From contig NC_057728.1 in the NCBI RefSeq assembly GCF_004010195.1, positions 44,020,569 to 44,084,568 on the forward strand: 64,000 nucleotides of DNA, read 5' to 3'. The stretch comes from Chiloscyllium plagiosum. Lineage: Eukaryota. Shown here one piece after another: positions 12,531 through 24,153 of this stretch. The position numbers and the translations under genes are program-made. Every line of letters starts with the position of its first letter. Position 1 is the stretch's first letter. Under the pieces are notes generated by a model that saw only the letters and a program-made list of their open reading frames with translations, had not been told where the DNA came from and ran no database searches.

Positions 12531-13355
12531 GCAGGGCCTGGGACAGGAGGTGTACATCAGGGCCAAATAACCAGAGGAATCTCTCTGTCCTTGAGTAAGA
12601 GAGACGGCTCATAGTTTCAGGATTGGAGGCAGGGCCACCTTATTATACCAATGATGCTCAGGTCAAGAGGGGGTCAGGACAAGTAGTACGATGGCTCATG
12701 ATTTTTGTCCCAGCCCCTACCTTCTGGTTATTAACTTATCAGTAATTGAAACATTTAACCACCTCTATAAAATCTCCCTTTATCCTTCCGGGAGAAATAA
12801 CCAATGATTGCCCTATCTATCCTTCTCGAATTCCTCATTCAAGAGTCATTTTAGTCAATCTTTCCTGTGCATTATCTTGTCTCTACTGACCATATTATTG
12901 CAAATCAAAATTAATTCCACTGTCTCACATTTCCCTGCTCCACCCCAACGTTGTCTTTTATTTGTTACAAATATTTATGCGCCATTCCATTAAAGATGTG
13001 TTTAAAAAATAAGTGGCTATACCTGGAGTTATAATTGAATCCAATTTAGTAAAACTTGTAGAAGTATATTTTAACTTTATAGAAATGCAGATTATTTTTT
13101 AAAAAGTGGCTGGCAAGAGTTAGTGAAACTAAAGTATACACAGAAATTAGAAAGATATATTTGATGGAGTAACCCTTCTCCTGTTTGGTCAAATGGATAT
13201 GCTAATGTGTAGTAGAAACAAAAAGGGCTAGAGACACTCAGCAGATCTGGCAGCAGTTGTGGAGCGAGAAACATGTTAAGGTTTTGAGTCCAGTGTAACT
13301 CTTCAGTACTGAAGAATAATATCAGTCATTCAATTGTGAATATAGTATTTTCCTT

Positions 13356-14056
13356 TTGGATGTAGGTTTACTCGCTGAGCTGAAAGGTTCATTTCCAGAC
13401 GTTTTGTTACCTTACTAGGTAACATCTTCAGTGGACCTCACGCGAAGCAAAAATTCCTGCTTTCTATTTATATGTTTGGGTTTCTTTGGGTTGGTGATGT
13501 AATTTCCTGTGATGATGTTATTTCTGTGGTGAAGTCACTTCCTGTTACTTTTCTTAGGGGGTGGTAGATGGGGTTTAACTTGATGTGTTTGTTGATAGAG
13601 TTCCAGTTGGAATGCCATGCTTCTAGGAATTCTTGTGTGTGTCTTTGTTTGGCTTGTCCTCGGATGGATGTATTGTCCCAGTCGAAGTGGTGTCCTTCCT
13701 CATCTGTATGTCAGGATACTAGTGAGAGAGGGTCATGTCTTTTTGTGACTAGTTGGTATTCACGTATCCTGGTGGCTAGTTTTCTGCCTGTTTGTCTAAT
13801 GTAGTGTTTGTTACAGTTCTTGTACGGTATTTTGTAAATGACATTAGTTTTGCTCATTGTCTGTATAGGGTCTTTCAAGTTAATTAGCTGACGTTTTAGT
13901 GTGTTGGTGGGTTTGTGGACTCCCATGATACCAAGAGGTCTGAGTAGTCTGGCAGTCATTTCCGAGATGTCTTTGGTGTAGGGGAGATTGGCTAGGGCTT
14001 CTGGACGTGTTTTGTCTGCTTGTTTGGGTTTGTTGCTGAGAAATCGGCGGACTGTG
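13356..14056 (-). mobile_element. Penelope-like element 3' part: GIY-YIG endonuclease plus terminal repeat with hammerhead motif
   Basis: LPYTKDISEMTARLLRPLGI..KPTNTL..KDPI..KTNVIYKIP.K.CNKHYI.QTGRKLATRI.E (GIY-YIG); hammerhead fold at 13394-13435. Confidence 0.9.
13394..13435 (-). ncRNA. Minimal type-I hammerhead ribozyme motif with one core substitution
   Basis: Reverse complement: TCCA-CTGAAGA-T-GTTACC-tagtaa-GGTAAC-AAAA-CGTC-TGGA. Stems I and II are perfectly paired; the G of GAAA is A. Confidence 0.75.
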
Positions 14057-14061
14057 TTCAT

Positions 14062-14800
14062 TCCAAAAAATGAAACCAGATGGATCCAACACATCACGCT
14101 TCTACAGGGTACCCAAAATTCACAAACCAGGATCCCCCCTCAGACCCACAGTCTCGCTACCTGAAACATTGACTTACAGATTGACCAAGGAGCTACACAA
14201 AAGACTAAAACACTTAGTAGAAGACTCACGCCACTCTATCCACTCCACCCAAGAATTCCTGAAGACCATCAAAGGCACTAAGATAGAAGAGGATGAAATA
14301 ATGGTCTCCTTTGATGTAACAGCCCTGTTTACTTCAATCAACATTAACCTGGCCAAGGAAACACTGATTACACTATTAGAAGACCCAAAGACACATACAC
14401 TAAACACCATTAACTTCATCAACAAGGAGAATATCATCAAGCTCGTGGACCTATGGCTTACCACCCACTTCACCTTCAACAACAAAACTTATAGACAAAC
14501 CAATGGTCTCAGAAATGACTGCCAGACTACTCAGACGCCTTGGCATCATGGTAGCCCACAAACCCACCAACATACTAAAACATCAGCTAATGAACTTGAA
14601 AGACCCTATACAGACAATGAGCAAAACTAATGTCATTTACAAAATACCGTGCAAGGACTGTAACAAACACTACATTGGACAAACAGGCAGAAAACGAGCC
14701 ACCAGGATACATGAACACCAACTAGCCACAAAAAGACATATAGATGAGGAAGGACACTCTCTACATACAGTTGAGGAAGGACCCTGCTTCAGTGGGTTTC
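14062..14800 (+). mobile_element. Penelope-like element internal fragment: reverse transcriptase joined by deletion to GIY-YIG
   Basis: RFY..PKIHKP..PLRP.VS..MVSFDVTALFTSI..HFTFNNKTYRQTNG (PLE RT), then NVIYKIPCKDCNKHYIGQTGR..TRIHEH. Confidence 0.92.
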
Positions 14801-15519
14801 CAGATCATCCCAATATGTAACCGCCACCAATCCTGCTGCAATCTCCAACTCCTCATCAAAATATATATGTATTGAGAGTTATTAGAAGATTAAAAAAAGT
14901 CATCCCTCAGTGCATACACACACATGTGCAGACGAAATACAAAGATGGTGGAAGATAAACTAAAAGTTAATGTTCATAAGTCCTGGATAGAAGTAGGGCC
15001 TTATTTTCTGCAGGTAGCAACCAAGCTGGCTGTAGTCAAATGATTGTCTTTCAAACTACAAAATCCAAAGTAAGATATCAAAGCGATCCCATTAAGTAGT
15101 TGTGTTCACCCATACTTGGGCTGAAAGCTTTTGTTCCTTGACAAGACCTGCCGTTGCACTGAAGGTCTCAGTGGAGACTTCTTTACTGCGTGTTTGACAA
15201 TACTGAGTTATAGTCAGAAAAATGTTCTCATCGTTCTTTCTGTAATCCTTAATATTACATTATTCCCAGACTCCAAGTGAGGTTCCCAATTTGTTATGGT
15301 TCCAAACAGGATGTCCTTCTTTATTCACTCACCTCTCAGCTGGTCACAGCAAGGTTAATTTAAGAGTTATTCCTCCCACATTCCTCCCCTTGTGGATATA
15401 CTTCCAGACCCAAAGGAACTTATGTTTTTAAAGGCACCAAATTAAATAGGCTTGCTTGAATTAAAAAAGTGTGAGCGTATTAATTACTTAATACATAAGA
15501 ATTAGTAATAAAACACATA

Positions 15520-15868
15520 CATACGTTCAAGCCCAGGTGTCCCTGGAGAGGGAGAACGTGGTGTCTACCAACACCCTCGAACTGTTCAGGGAGAGGTGGG
15601 AACCACAGGGAGTGGAGTGTCTTATTTCATACTCCAACTCTATTTTGATTTAACCCCTGCCCTCCCCTTCACAGTTGATAACACAGCATTGCCCTTTGAT
15701 GAGAAGGGCATTGCTTGTCATTGGCCACCTGAGTGTTTCCTTTCTTCCTGGTGGTGGAAACTGAATAAAGATTTGTACACCTGTTGTCTTTCACTGTGTC
15801 TCACACTTGCACACACACAACGTGGGTGCTGGGGAAAATATAAGCACTACCACAGTAAAAAAAAAATG
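15520..15868 (+). mobile_element. Tx1-like (L1 clade) LINE 3' end
   Basis: YVQAQVSLERENVVSTNTLELFRERWEPQGVECLI..* resembles a Tx1-type ORF2 C-terminus; AATAAA and an A-rich tail follow. Confidence 0.65.
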
Positions 15869-18170
15869 AAATACACGCATTAGCAAAAAAGTTTAAAATG
15901 GTAAGTGTCTGAATTATTCATGAAAAGCGAATAGTTGAACATTTCAGTCATTGCAGTGGTGGTTACTGATAGCATTTATGTTGGTAGTCGATCAGTCAAT
16001 TTGAAGATTCTTAGTATTTCAGGTTGGTTGAGATTCTATCATTCTAATTCCTTTTGACCATAAATGAGTTCCAGCATTCAGGGTGAGAGAGAGTCCTTTT
16101 GTTGTCTGGTTTCGTTTTTTCTGGCATGCTAGTTAGCTGACTATCAGAACTCAGAGAGGAATGTCTCTTTACCTGTAACACATAGTTAATGAGGGGATAC
16201 TTCTTTGTGATTTTCACAGATGCTCATGCTTGAATCTAGGCTAGCGTACATGGGTACCTTAGCCCACTGACATATGTGAGAATGCCAGTACAGCTAGCAC
16301 AATCCAGTAGAGTTCAAACTGGCTTTTTAATCCATGTCCTTCCATCAAAGGAATGAACTCAAAATATGTCAGCAGTTTGAGACAGACACCATAGGATGGC
16401 TTTGTATTGAGCAGGGGCTTGTGAGCCCATTGTTATATTTGTTGTCAGAGGTGATCACAGTCCAGTTTATGTTGCCATTCTGATTCTTCCCATAACTAAG
16501 TGGTTTCCCATTTTCTGAGGAAACTGCATTTACACAATAAAGTTTCCTGAGAATTATTCAGCTGCTATAAGCACAATGTGGCACACTGGACACCCAGACT
16601 GAGTTCATCAATATCTTAACTCCTTGTGTTCTAAACTAAATCTTGAATTTTCTTGGGATTGCTCTCAGATGTAATGCTTCCTTCTCCTCATTAGAAGAGA
16701 CAGAGGTTAGTTGTACCTTATTCTTCTTCGTGAACACACTTATTTCTTAGATTCCCTATATGATTGATTTCCTCTTTTTTGTTTTTATATATCATAGATG
16801 CATGATATTCACTTTTTGCACCGGAATTACATCTTCCTTTACACCGAGCTGAACCTTGATGTCTTGAAAATCCAGCTTGAAACTTTTCCAAGTACAAATT
16901 GTATGATTTGTTTACCTTGTTCTAACAACCTTTAGCAACATTAGATTTCAATAGGATTCTATGGCGCTCTTTGCACTAGTCTTTATTAAGTAGTGTGATA
17001 TTGATTCTTTTCTAAATTTTATTTTGCTTTGTTTTTTGAGCATTTGTTTGTAATTGTGCTTTGTGATGAAATTAGAAATTCTGAAACAAACAAGTTTTAT
17101 TTCAAAACAGCAGAATCAGGTGTATATTTCAATGGTATTGTCAACTTGGGAAATAAATGTTATCAAGGCATATAAGAGAATTGCATACAGCATAATTTGT
17201 GAGTGATCTACCTATGCTAACCTGATAGCCAGTCTGTCTTTCTCAGTTCAGAACTTTTATTGCATTTGACATAAATTTATTACCTCCAAAAGAAAATGGA
17301 TCTGAACAGAACATCAGCTTGTAACAGTGAGACATTCATTAAATAAACAAATGTTTGATAAAGAACGGAGCACTTGTAAAGAGATTTAAAGTGCGTATTT
17401 ACAGCCTGTTTATTACACTGCACTATGACTGTGGAATCTCTACCAGGCGTTAAACTGCCATGCTGCCAGTAAAATATACAAAAAAGCACTTGGGATGAGA
17501 AAGTATTACTTTTAAATGGTGGCACACTGCTACCAATACTCTTACGTTACTTTCTGTACTGATATATTATGCACTTTCATAGATTTTATGATACATATGA
17601 ACATCTCAAGACCTTTGGCTAGACAATTCTTTCAGATAAACACTAACAACTTCTAAAGCAAGGGAACAGTTGTTCTTGTTAATTGTTCCATGGAAGACAT
17701 TTCTAAAGCAAGAATATTCATTTTCCTTCCTTCAAATAACATTTTATTTGTTATTTTGCCACTGTTTTACTGAGGCAAATCCTTTAGCAACACATGAATT
17801 TCTATTTTAAAATACCCATATTTGATAGTGGATTTCAGTCTGGGTTCAAATGATAGGGGACAGCCATGAAACATTAACTCTTTCTTTCTCCATGGATGAT
17901 AGCAGACATGCTGAGGTTTCAGAGAATTTTTTTTGTCTTTACTTCAGAATTCCATTTTCTACTGTTATAGCTCACATTTTCCTTATTGAGTCCTTAAAAT
18001 ATGTTCCCAGTTCTTTGCTATTGTAATCATGACAACTTTTTTTTACTGCTAGTCATCTACAATTTCCAAAACTATGTAATGGAGTATTTAAGTTATAGCA
18101 CTATCTTAATTGTGCATTAATTTGGCTAACACTCTATACTGTAAACTATCTATGATACATACAAAGGGAA

Positions 18171-18311
18171 TGAAGAAGTGAGGATTGCAGATGCTGGAGA
18201 TTAGAGTGGAGAGTGTGGTGCCCTTCATCTTATGCCCGAAATGTCGATTCTCCTGCTCCTCAGATGCTGCCTGGCCGGCTGTACTTTTCCAGCGCCACAC
18301 TCTTGACACAG
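18171..18311. mobile_element. Short fold-back PLE-derived insertion with 10-bp TSD
   Basis: Flanked by ACAAAGGGAA at 18161-18170 and 18312-18321; contains a half hammerhead 'ttatgcccGAAAtgtc' and an inverted 'cccttcat'. Confidence 0.7.
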
Positions 18312-18619
18312 ACAAAGGGAAGACAGCCATTAAATATGTTGTCTGCAGCCTACTCATTGTGGTGTACAAGAAGGACTTAGCATACCTTACTTTCCAATTT
18401 TGATCTTCTGGCAATGTGCTTGATATCTGCTTTTTACCCTTTCTGTGCAATAGCCAACATTGGACCTTGTGCAGAAGATCAAGAATTAACTAATTTCCTT
18501 AAACTCTTAGTACAAATGATCATCTTAGTACAAATATTTTGCATTATCATATTGTTTTATGTATATCTTAAGTTTACCAATAGAAGTCCAGTAATCAATG
18601 TATTAATACACATCTGTAT

Positions 18620-19430
18620 GGGATTTTCTCTGGGTAGTGTCCTAGGCATAACTGTCTTTAACTGTTTCAATCAATGACCTCCACTGCATCATATGTCAGA
18701 AGCAAGATGTTTTCTGATGATTGTTCAGTCTTCAGTTCCATTTTCAACTCTTCAGATAATAAAGCAGTTTGGGCCGCATGCAGCAAGACCCTGGACAACA
18801 TTCAGCCTTGGGCGAATAAATGGCAATTATCATTACAGTACTAGGTCATGACCATCTCTAAGAAGTGAGAATCTAAGCATCTTCTCTTGACATTCAATGT
18901 CATGACCATTAACAAATCCTTTGCCATGAACATCCTAAGGCAGCTACTGATCATAAAATAACTGAACTAGCTTCACAAACGCCTAAGTTACAAGACTAAA
19001 TCAGAGGTTGAGTAATTTGAAGTTACTCACCTTCATCTACAAGGGTGTGATGGAAGATTTCCCATTTGGCTGGATGAGTACAACGCTAACAGCATTCAAA
19101 CAGCTTGACACGACCCAAGCCAAAGCATTCTGTTTGAATGCCATGTGAGCCATCATCTTCAACTGTCACTCTTTCCGTCCTCAACAAATCCCAACCTATA
19201 ATCACGATCACCGAGAAAATAAAGTCAACACTTACCCCTGCAATCTAAACACCATTCCGTCAACAGTCTTGTTGTGTCAAAATCCTGAACCTCCTACCTG
19301 ACAGTACTGTGGATGTTCCTGCAATACAAAGATTGCAGAGATTCAAGATGACGCTTACCATCATCTTGTCAAGGACAATTAGAGTTGGGCAATAAATGCG
19401 GTTGAAGTCCACACCCCATGAATAATTAAA
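18620..19430 (+). mobile_element. Degenerate LINE RT C-terminus and 3' end
   Basis: GSVLGxTVFNCF.NDL...MFxDDC RT motifs; tail shared with 8340-8612. Confidence 0.75.
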
Positions 19431-21689
19431 ACAAACGCAACGGATCTGAATCTCAATCAACTTACCCCAGGAAGGTTGGACTAGAAAGCGTTTATTTTTT
19501 GACGCAAACTGGTTCATAATGCACTCAAGCTACTCTAGTATACCTCCTGGTGGACGGTTACGGTATTCTTCTGTGGGAAGACTTTGGGAAATGTTATGCC
19601 TGCACTTCAGGCATTGATATAAAATTACTTTGAAAGAGAAGTAGCAACAGAAAAAAGTGGAAGAATAAAGACACAATGTTTAATCAGAAACATACATTAT
19701 AATCTTCTATTTATGTGTATGTCTAAGAAAGTCATGTATCTATAACCATGTCTAAATTTAAAACAATCATTTTTAATTGGCATTGATAATTGGAAATTGC
19801 CACATATTATTTCAGGTAGGATTTTCAACCAAAACAAATATATCTGAACAAAAAAAATCTCAATTTCCTTTGTTATTTCATCTTGTCGGTACTTCTCCAT
19901 GCTTGTCAATATTAAGATCACGCACCAATGACCTTTCCCACAACCTATCCTCGGTTTGTTTAAGCTGCTAACTGCAATGGATACAAAATGTGATTTGATG
20001 TTTTAAGCCTCCATTGCATTTGTCTCACTGCCCCCAATATTCTCAGTTAGAAATGGTTACAGCCTTGTCTCCAAAGGTACGTGTATCACAAGTCAGATTC
20101 AGTTCCTGATATGTCCCGAATTAGTTCAGACAACATCAGGACTGCTCCTTAATTGGACTCGTCTTTTGGTGTGTGGGTCAGAAAAAGATGAACCGTGATA
20201 GTGTTCTGTCAAATAGCGATACAGTGGCTCCTACTGGAAGGTCCAGATGTGCGGCTGTTGTTTGATGATATGATGGAATCCAGCTGTGATGCCTTCCATA
20301 GTCTGAAAGCTGTTGACAATCAATGTCTGGTATGCATAAAAATTGGGGGTTCTTGTGGCACAGTGGTGTGGTCCCGATCTCTCGGTTAAAAGGTCCACAT
20401 TCAAGTCACACCTGGCCCAGAGGTGAGTTAGAACATGCCTAAATAAGTTAATTGAAAATATTTATATGACCAGTGGCCATTTGGATAATTTACCAAAGTT
20501 TAGAAAGTATATTGTATGTTGTTAATATCAGTTGGGAAGAATTATATGATAATGGATTCTGTTCTGGAATTACTGCAACAGAAATTGAATAACAACTGAA
20601 CGGATAAACAACATTTATGAATGGATTAAAGCAAAACTTTGAAAAAGTAGTATATGAAAATTAAACTTTGTTAGTTTCATTTTATCAAAAAAAAAGACTA
20701 AAACTGGGTGTCTAATCCTTTAGCTCGGGCTCTAATACTGAATTAAAATCATAATGAAATCGAATCATTTACTAAGTGAAATAAGTGGATTTGTTGGAGG
20801 TTTCTGGTTCTGAATACCAATGTTCTGAAAAAAGGATACGGTACAGCGCTTTGGAAAACAAATGGAGGAAAACCGCCGCTAGAGGGCAAAGCCGATTCAA
20901 GTCTTAGTGTGGAGCAAACTAACGCGGAAAGGCAAAAAAAACTGAATAAACCGAGGGAAGCAAGCTCAAAGCTGTAACTTCTGGTGTTCTTTCTTCCTTC
21001 AGGCCAGTTATTGTTCGATTGAAGTTCAGCCACAAGCCAGCGCTTCACAATGTGCTCCACTGAGTGAAGGCGCGCAACAGTTCGAGGAGAATGACTAGAA
21101 ATATCCCTAAACCACACCAAGATAGGATGTTCAAGAAAAAGCAAACACACATTCTGAAAGATTGTCTGTTTCCTTTGTTATTTCCTGTTTTTGATGCTTT
21201 CCTGATGTTAACACACACGCAGATCCTCGGTTAGCATGCATTCCTAATGTTTCTCACAGTTCACCCGTCAGTTAAGAAAGGGACCAGGAAGGGGAAATGT
21301 TTGCGTAGTTTAAAAAAAACCCTTTGAAGTTTTAATTCCGGAGTTAGAAATGGTCAGCAGGCGAGAACCATTAGACTTTTAAGTAATCCCAACGGAGAAC
21401 ATAAGAAAGATGTATCCCAACACCTCGTTGCTGGGTTGTATAGGGTAGAGCAGGTGTAACTTGTGTGTGTGACATGTAATCCTTAGGCACCACCAGAATG
21501 ATTTCTCATTATGACTTCGGAGTCAATCCACCGAAGCGTCTTAGTAAACTTTGACGGGGAGAAATACGTCGAATATTGCAAGTCTGAGACGTTTCCAAGT
21601 ATTTTTCTCCATAGATGCTGTTACATATGCTAAGCAGCTCCAGCACATTACTCGCTTTCTTTGCAGACACTTTCTAAGGACACTGTATT

Positions 21690-21910
21690 AAGGGATTCCG
21701 TTACTGCAGTTGGCTGGACAGCTGGTTTGTGATGTGGATTAAGGCCAACACCGTGGGTTCAATTCCTAAATTGGATGAGCTCACCAGGAAGAATTCTCCC
21801 CTCATCTGCGGCGTGGTAGCCGTCAGGTTCAATCGCTATCAGTCGTCCCACTCACTCTCTAGTGGGAGAGCAGCCCAATGATCCGGTGGGGCAATAGTGA
21901 CTTTACATTT
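21690..21910 (+). mobile_element. tRNA-derived SINE
   Basis: cagttggctgga...GGTTCAATTCC B box; body related to 35165-35365 (minus strand). Confidence 0.6.
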
Positions 21911-22499
21911 CCTACTGTCGCAGTACTGATAGAAAAGAACAACTTTGCGAATGATAGGGATCGAAAATAAAATAAGAGAAGCTTCCAGCAAAGCTCAACA
22001 CGTCTGCCTGCATCTGAAGTGAGAGAATTAAGAATTAACCTTCCAGTTGGTGACCGTTCACTAATTGATGAAAAATATTGCGTTTTATAATGGATGAGTT
22101 CTAATGTTTATGATTAAGACAGTGAGTTAGATTGTTAGAATTAAGTATATGACCAATAAGTGTGAATATACTTATATGAGCATTCGGAAAACAATATCTC
22201 GCTGAATCTACATGCACACCAATGGAGTGTTATGGTACAATGGGAGTGTCCTTCCCGGGGACTAAAGGTTCGAGTTGCACCTATCATGAAAGTGGAACAT
22301 TACAAAAACGGCACCTTGGGGGAAAAAAAAATACGTGGGAGACTGGGTTAATGTTCGGATTTAGGATACACAATCCCAATTTGTTATTCCACTTTCGTTG
22401 TCTGTTACCATCTGTTACTGTTGGTGTCGACATTTCTGGCTCGTGCTTGCAAATTGGGCGATGCGTTCTCTTCGCAGAGTTATATGCATATTTATAAAG

Positions 22500-22970
22500 A
22501 AAATGTAAATAAAAAGACATAATTGGAATCGAAGTAATTCCAAGAAGTTTGACTGGCCTGGTTCCTGGGGTGAAGGGATTATCCTCTGAGGCTGGGCCTG
22601 TATCCATTGTTCAGAAGAATGAGAAGTGACTTTATTGATCCTGGCAGGATGTTTACGCCAATGGGGGACACTAGGACTTGGAGACACAGTTTAAAAATGA
22701 GTCTCTCTTTCAGATGGAAAGGAGGAGATTTTCTTCTCTGAGTGTTGATAGTGTGCGTGCGAAGTTCTCTTTCCCGGAAAGTGGTGAAGGCTGTACTATT
22801 GAATTTACTCGAGACAGAGGTTTTTGATAGACAAAGGAGTATGGGCTGTGGGGTAGGGTAGGCAGGAAAATGAGATTGAGATCACAACCAGATCAGTCAT
22901 AATCTTATTGAATATTGGAGCTAGCTCAAAGGGCTAAATGGCCTGACCTGACTTCTACATCGATATATTC
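22500..22970 (+). mobile_element. Degenerate CR1 LINE 3' end
   Basis: LGLY.L..RR.R.D..; 'aagggctaaatggcct' 3' stem motif. Confidence 0.7.
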
Positions 22971-23772
22971 TTATATTCCTAACGGCCTCACAATTTCTTT
23001 ATATTGATGAAAACTTCAGCCCACAGCTCTAGATCTGCAATTCTGACTAACTCCAAGAAGAGAGCAGCAGAGATTATCTGTGTCAAGTCCCACATTTTCT
23101 GTTTTAACTGTGACAAACCACCTATCCATTCGTTTTAACCTGATACTGCCTAAGTATGTTCAGGGTACGTTCATAAACTTCCTTTTGATGCTCATTTTAA
23201 TAATATCGGGCTCAGTTATTCAGTTAATAATCAGGTTTTATCTTGTTCAGTGCACACGACAGACGGAAGTCTGCAAAGGGACACCCTCGAAGAAACAGAT
23301 CGCAGATGCTGACGTGGGCTGAACTGCGGCTGACAGTTGGGGCCATTCATCAACTGCAAATAATTGATGGTCCAGGGAAGCGTGTCCTTGCAAAAGCAGA
23401 ATGAGCGGAGAATCTCTAACTCTCTTCGACAGCATCGCATCAAGAGTTAACGCTGGGGCATGGCCTGAATCTCACGTTGTCGCATCTTACTTAGAGAAGA
23501 GACCCTTTGGCAGGTTAAAGCGCTGCAATTTCATATGGAGAGGAGGGGATTTTTCCCCCCTCGGAGCTAATGCACACGGTGCAGGTGCAGTGTTGCTGAG
23601 TGACAGTAGCACAGAGAGTCCGGACGGAGCAGAAGCTGCAGCGGAGCTGCCTGTCTGAAACTGAAATGAAACTGACAGGGGCGGGAGGAGGGGCAGGAGG
23701 GGGCGGGGCTATACGCATGCGCCCTATTACCTGCGGGGGTCCCCACACGCGGCTCCGCTCTTACAAGCAGCA

Positions 23773-23788
23773 ACACACACACACACAC
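23773..23788. repeat. (AC)n microsatellite
   Basis: acacacacacacacac. Confidence 0.9.
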
Positions 23789-23980
23789 TCATTCACTGTT
23801 TGCAGCCTTTATATATTTATATCCACACACACACACATGAAAAAGCGGATTGCTAAATGTAGCGGACCGATTGCACAGCGAGTCTACGTCCCGGGGCCAC
23901 CAGCAGCACCTTGCGGTCTGCTGTGAGGTTACAGACTTAAAAAGGGGGGGCCAAAGGAAGAGGAAAAGCAAAACAACAGC

Positions 23981-24002
23981 TATATATATATATATATATA
24001 TA
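23981..24002. repeat. (TA)11 microsatellite in the probable 5'UTR
   Basis: tatatatatatatatatatata. Confidence 0.95.
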
Positions 24003-24070
24003 AACAGCCCGAGGATGCGGATCCATGCCAGCGAGGTGAACAGAGGAATCGATGCGATACTGAAGTAGAC

Positions 24071-24153
24071 ATGATTTCTGAATGTGTGTGCAGCGCGGTT
24101 GCTATTGCCCTATATCTGAACACACTGCGTGCTGACTTCTGTTACGATGACAG
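24071..24153 (+). CDS. TMTC2: First coding exon of protein O-mannosyltransferase TMTC2 (transmembrane and TPR repeat-containing 2)
   Basis: Reads MISECVCSAVAIALYLNTLRADFCYDD plus AG|GTAGGT (phase-2 donor). This matches my recollection of the vertebrate TMTC2 N-terminus (MIAELVSSALGLALYLNTLSADFCYDDS), including the acidic DD motif. Too short to appear in the ORF track. Confidence 0.93.

Noticed and set aside
20749..21150. 133-aa minus-strand ORF with a GTG start
   Set aside because: No recognisable homology or splice support.
23401..24068. Overlapping ORFs of 60-108 aa across the promoter
   Set aside because: By-products of GC richness and microsatellites (poly-HT, IYIYIY); no recognisable protein.
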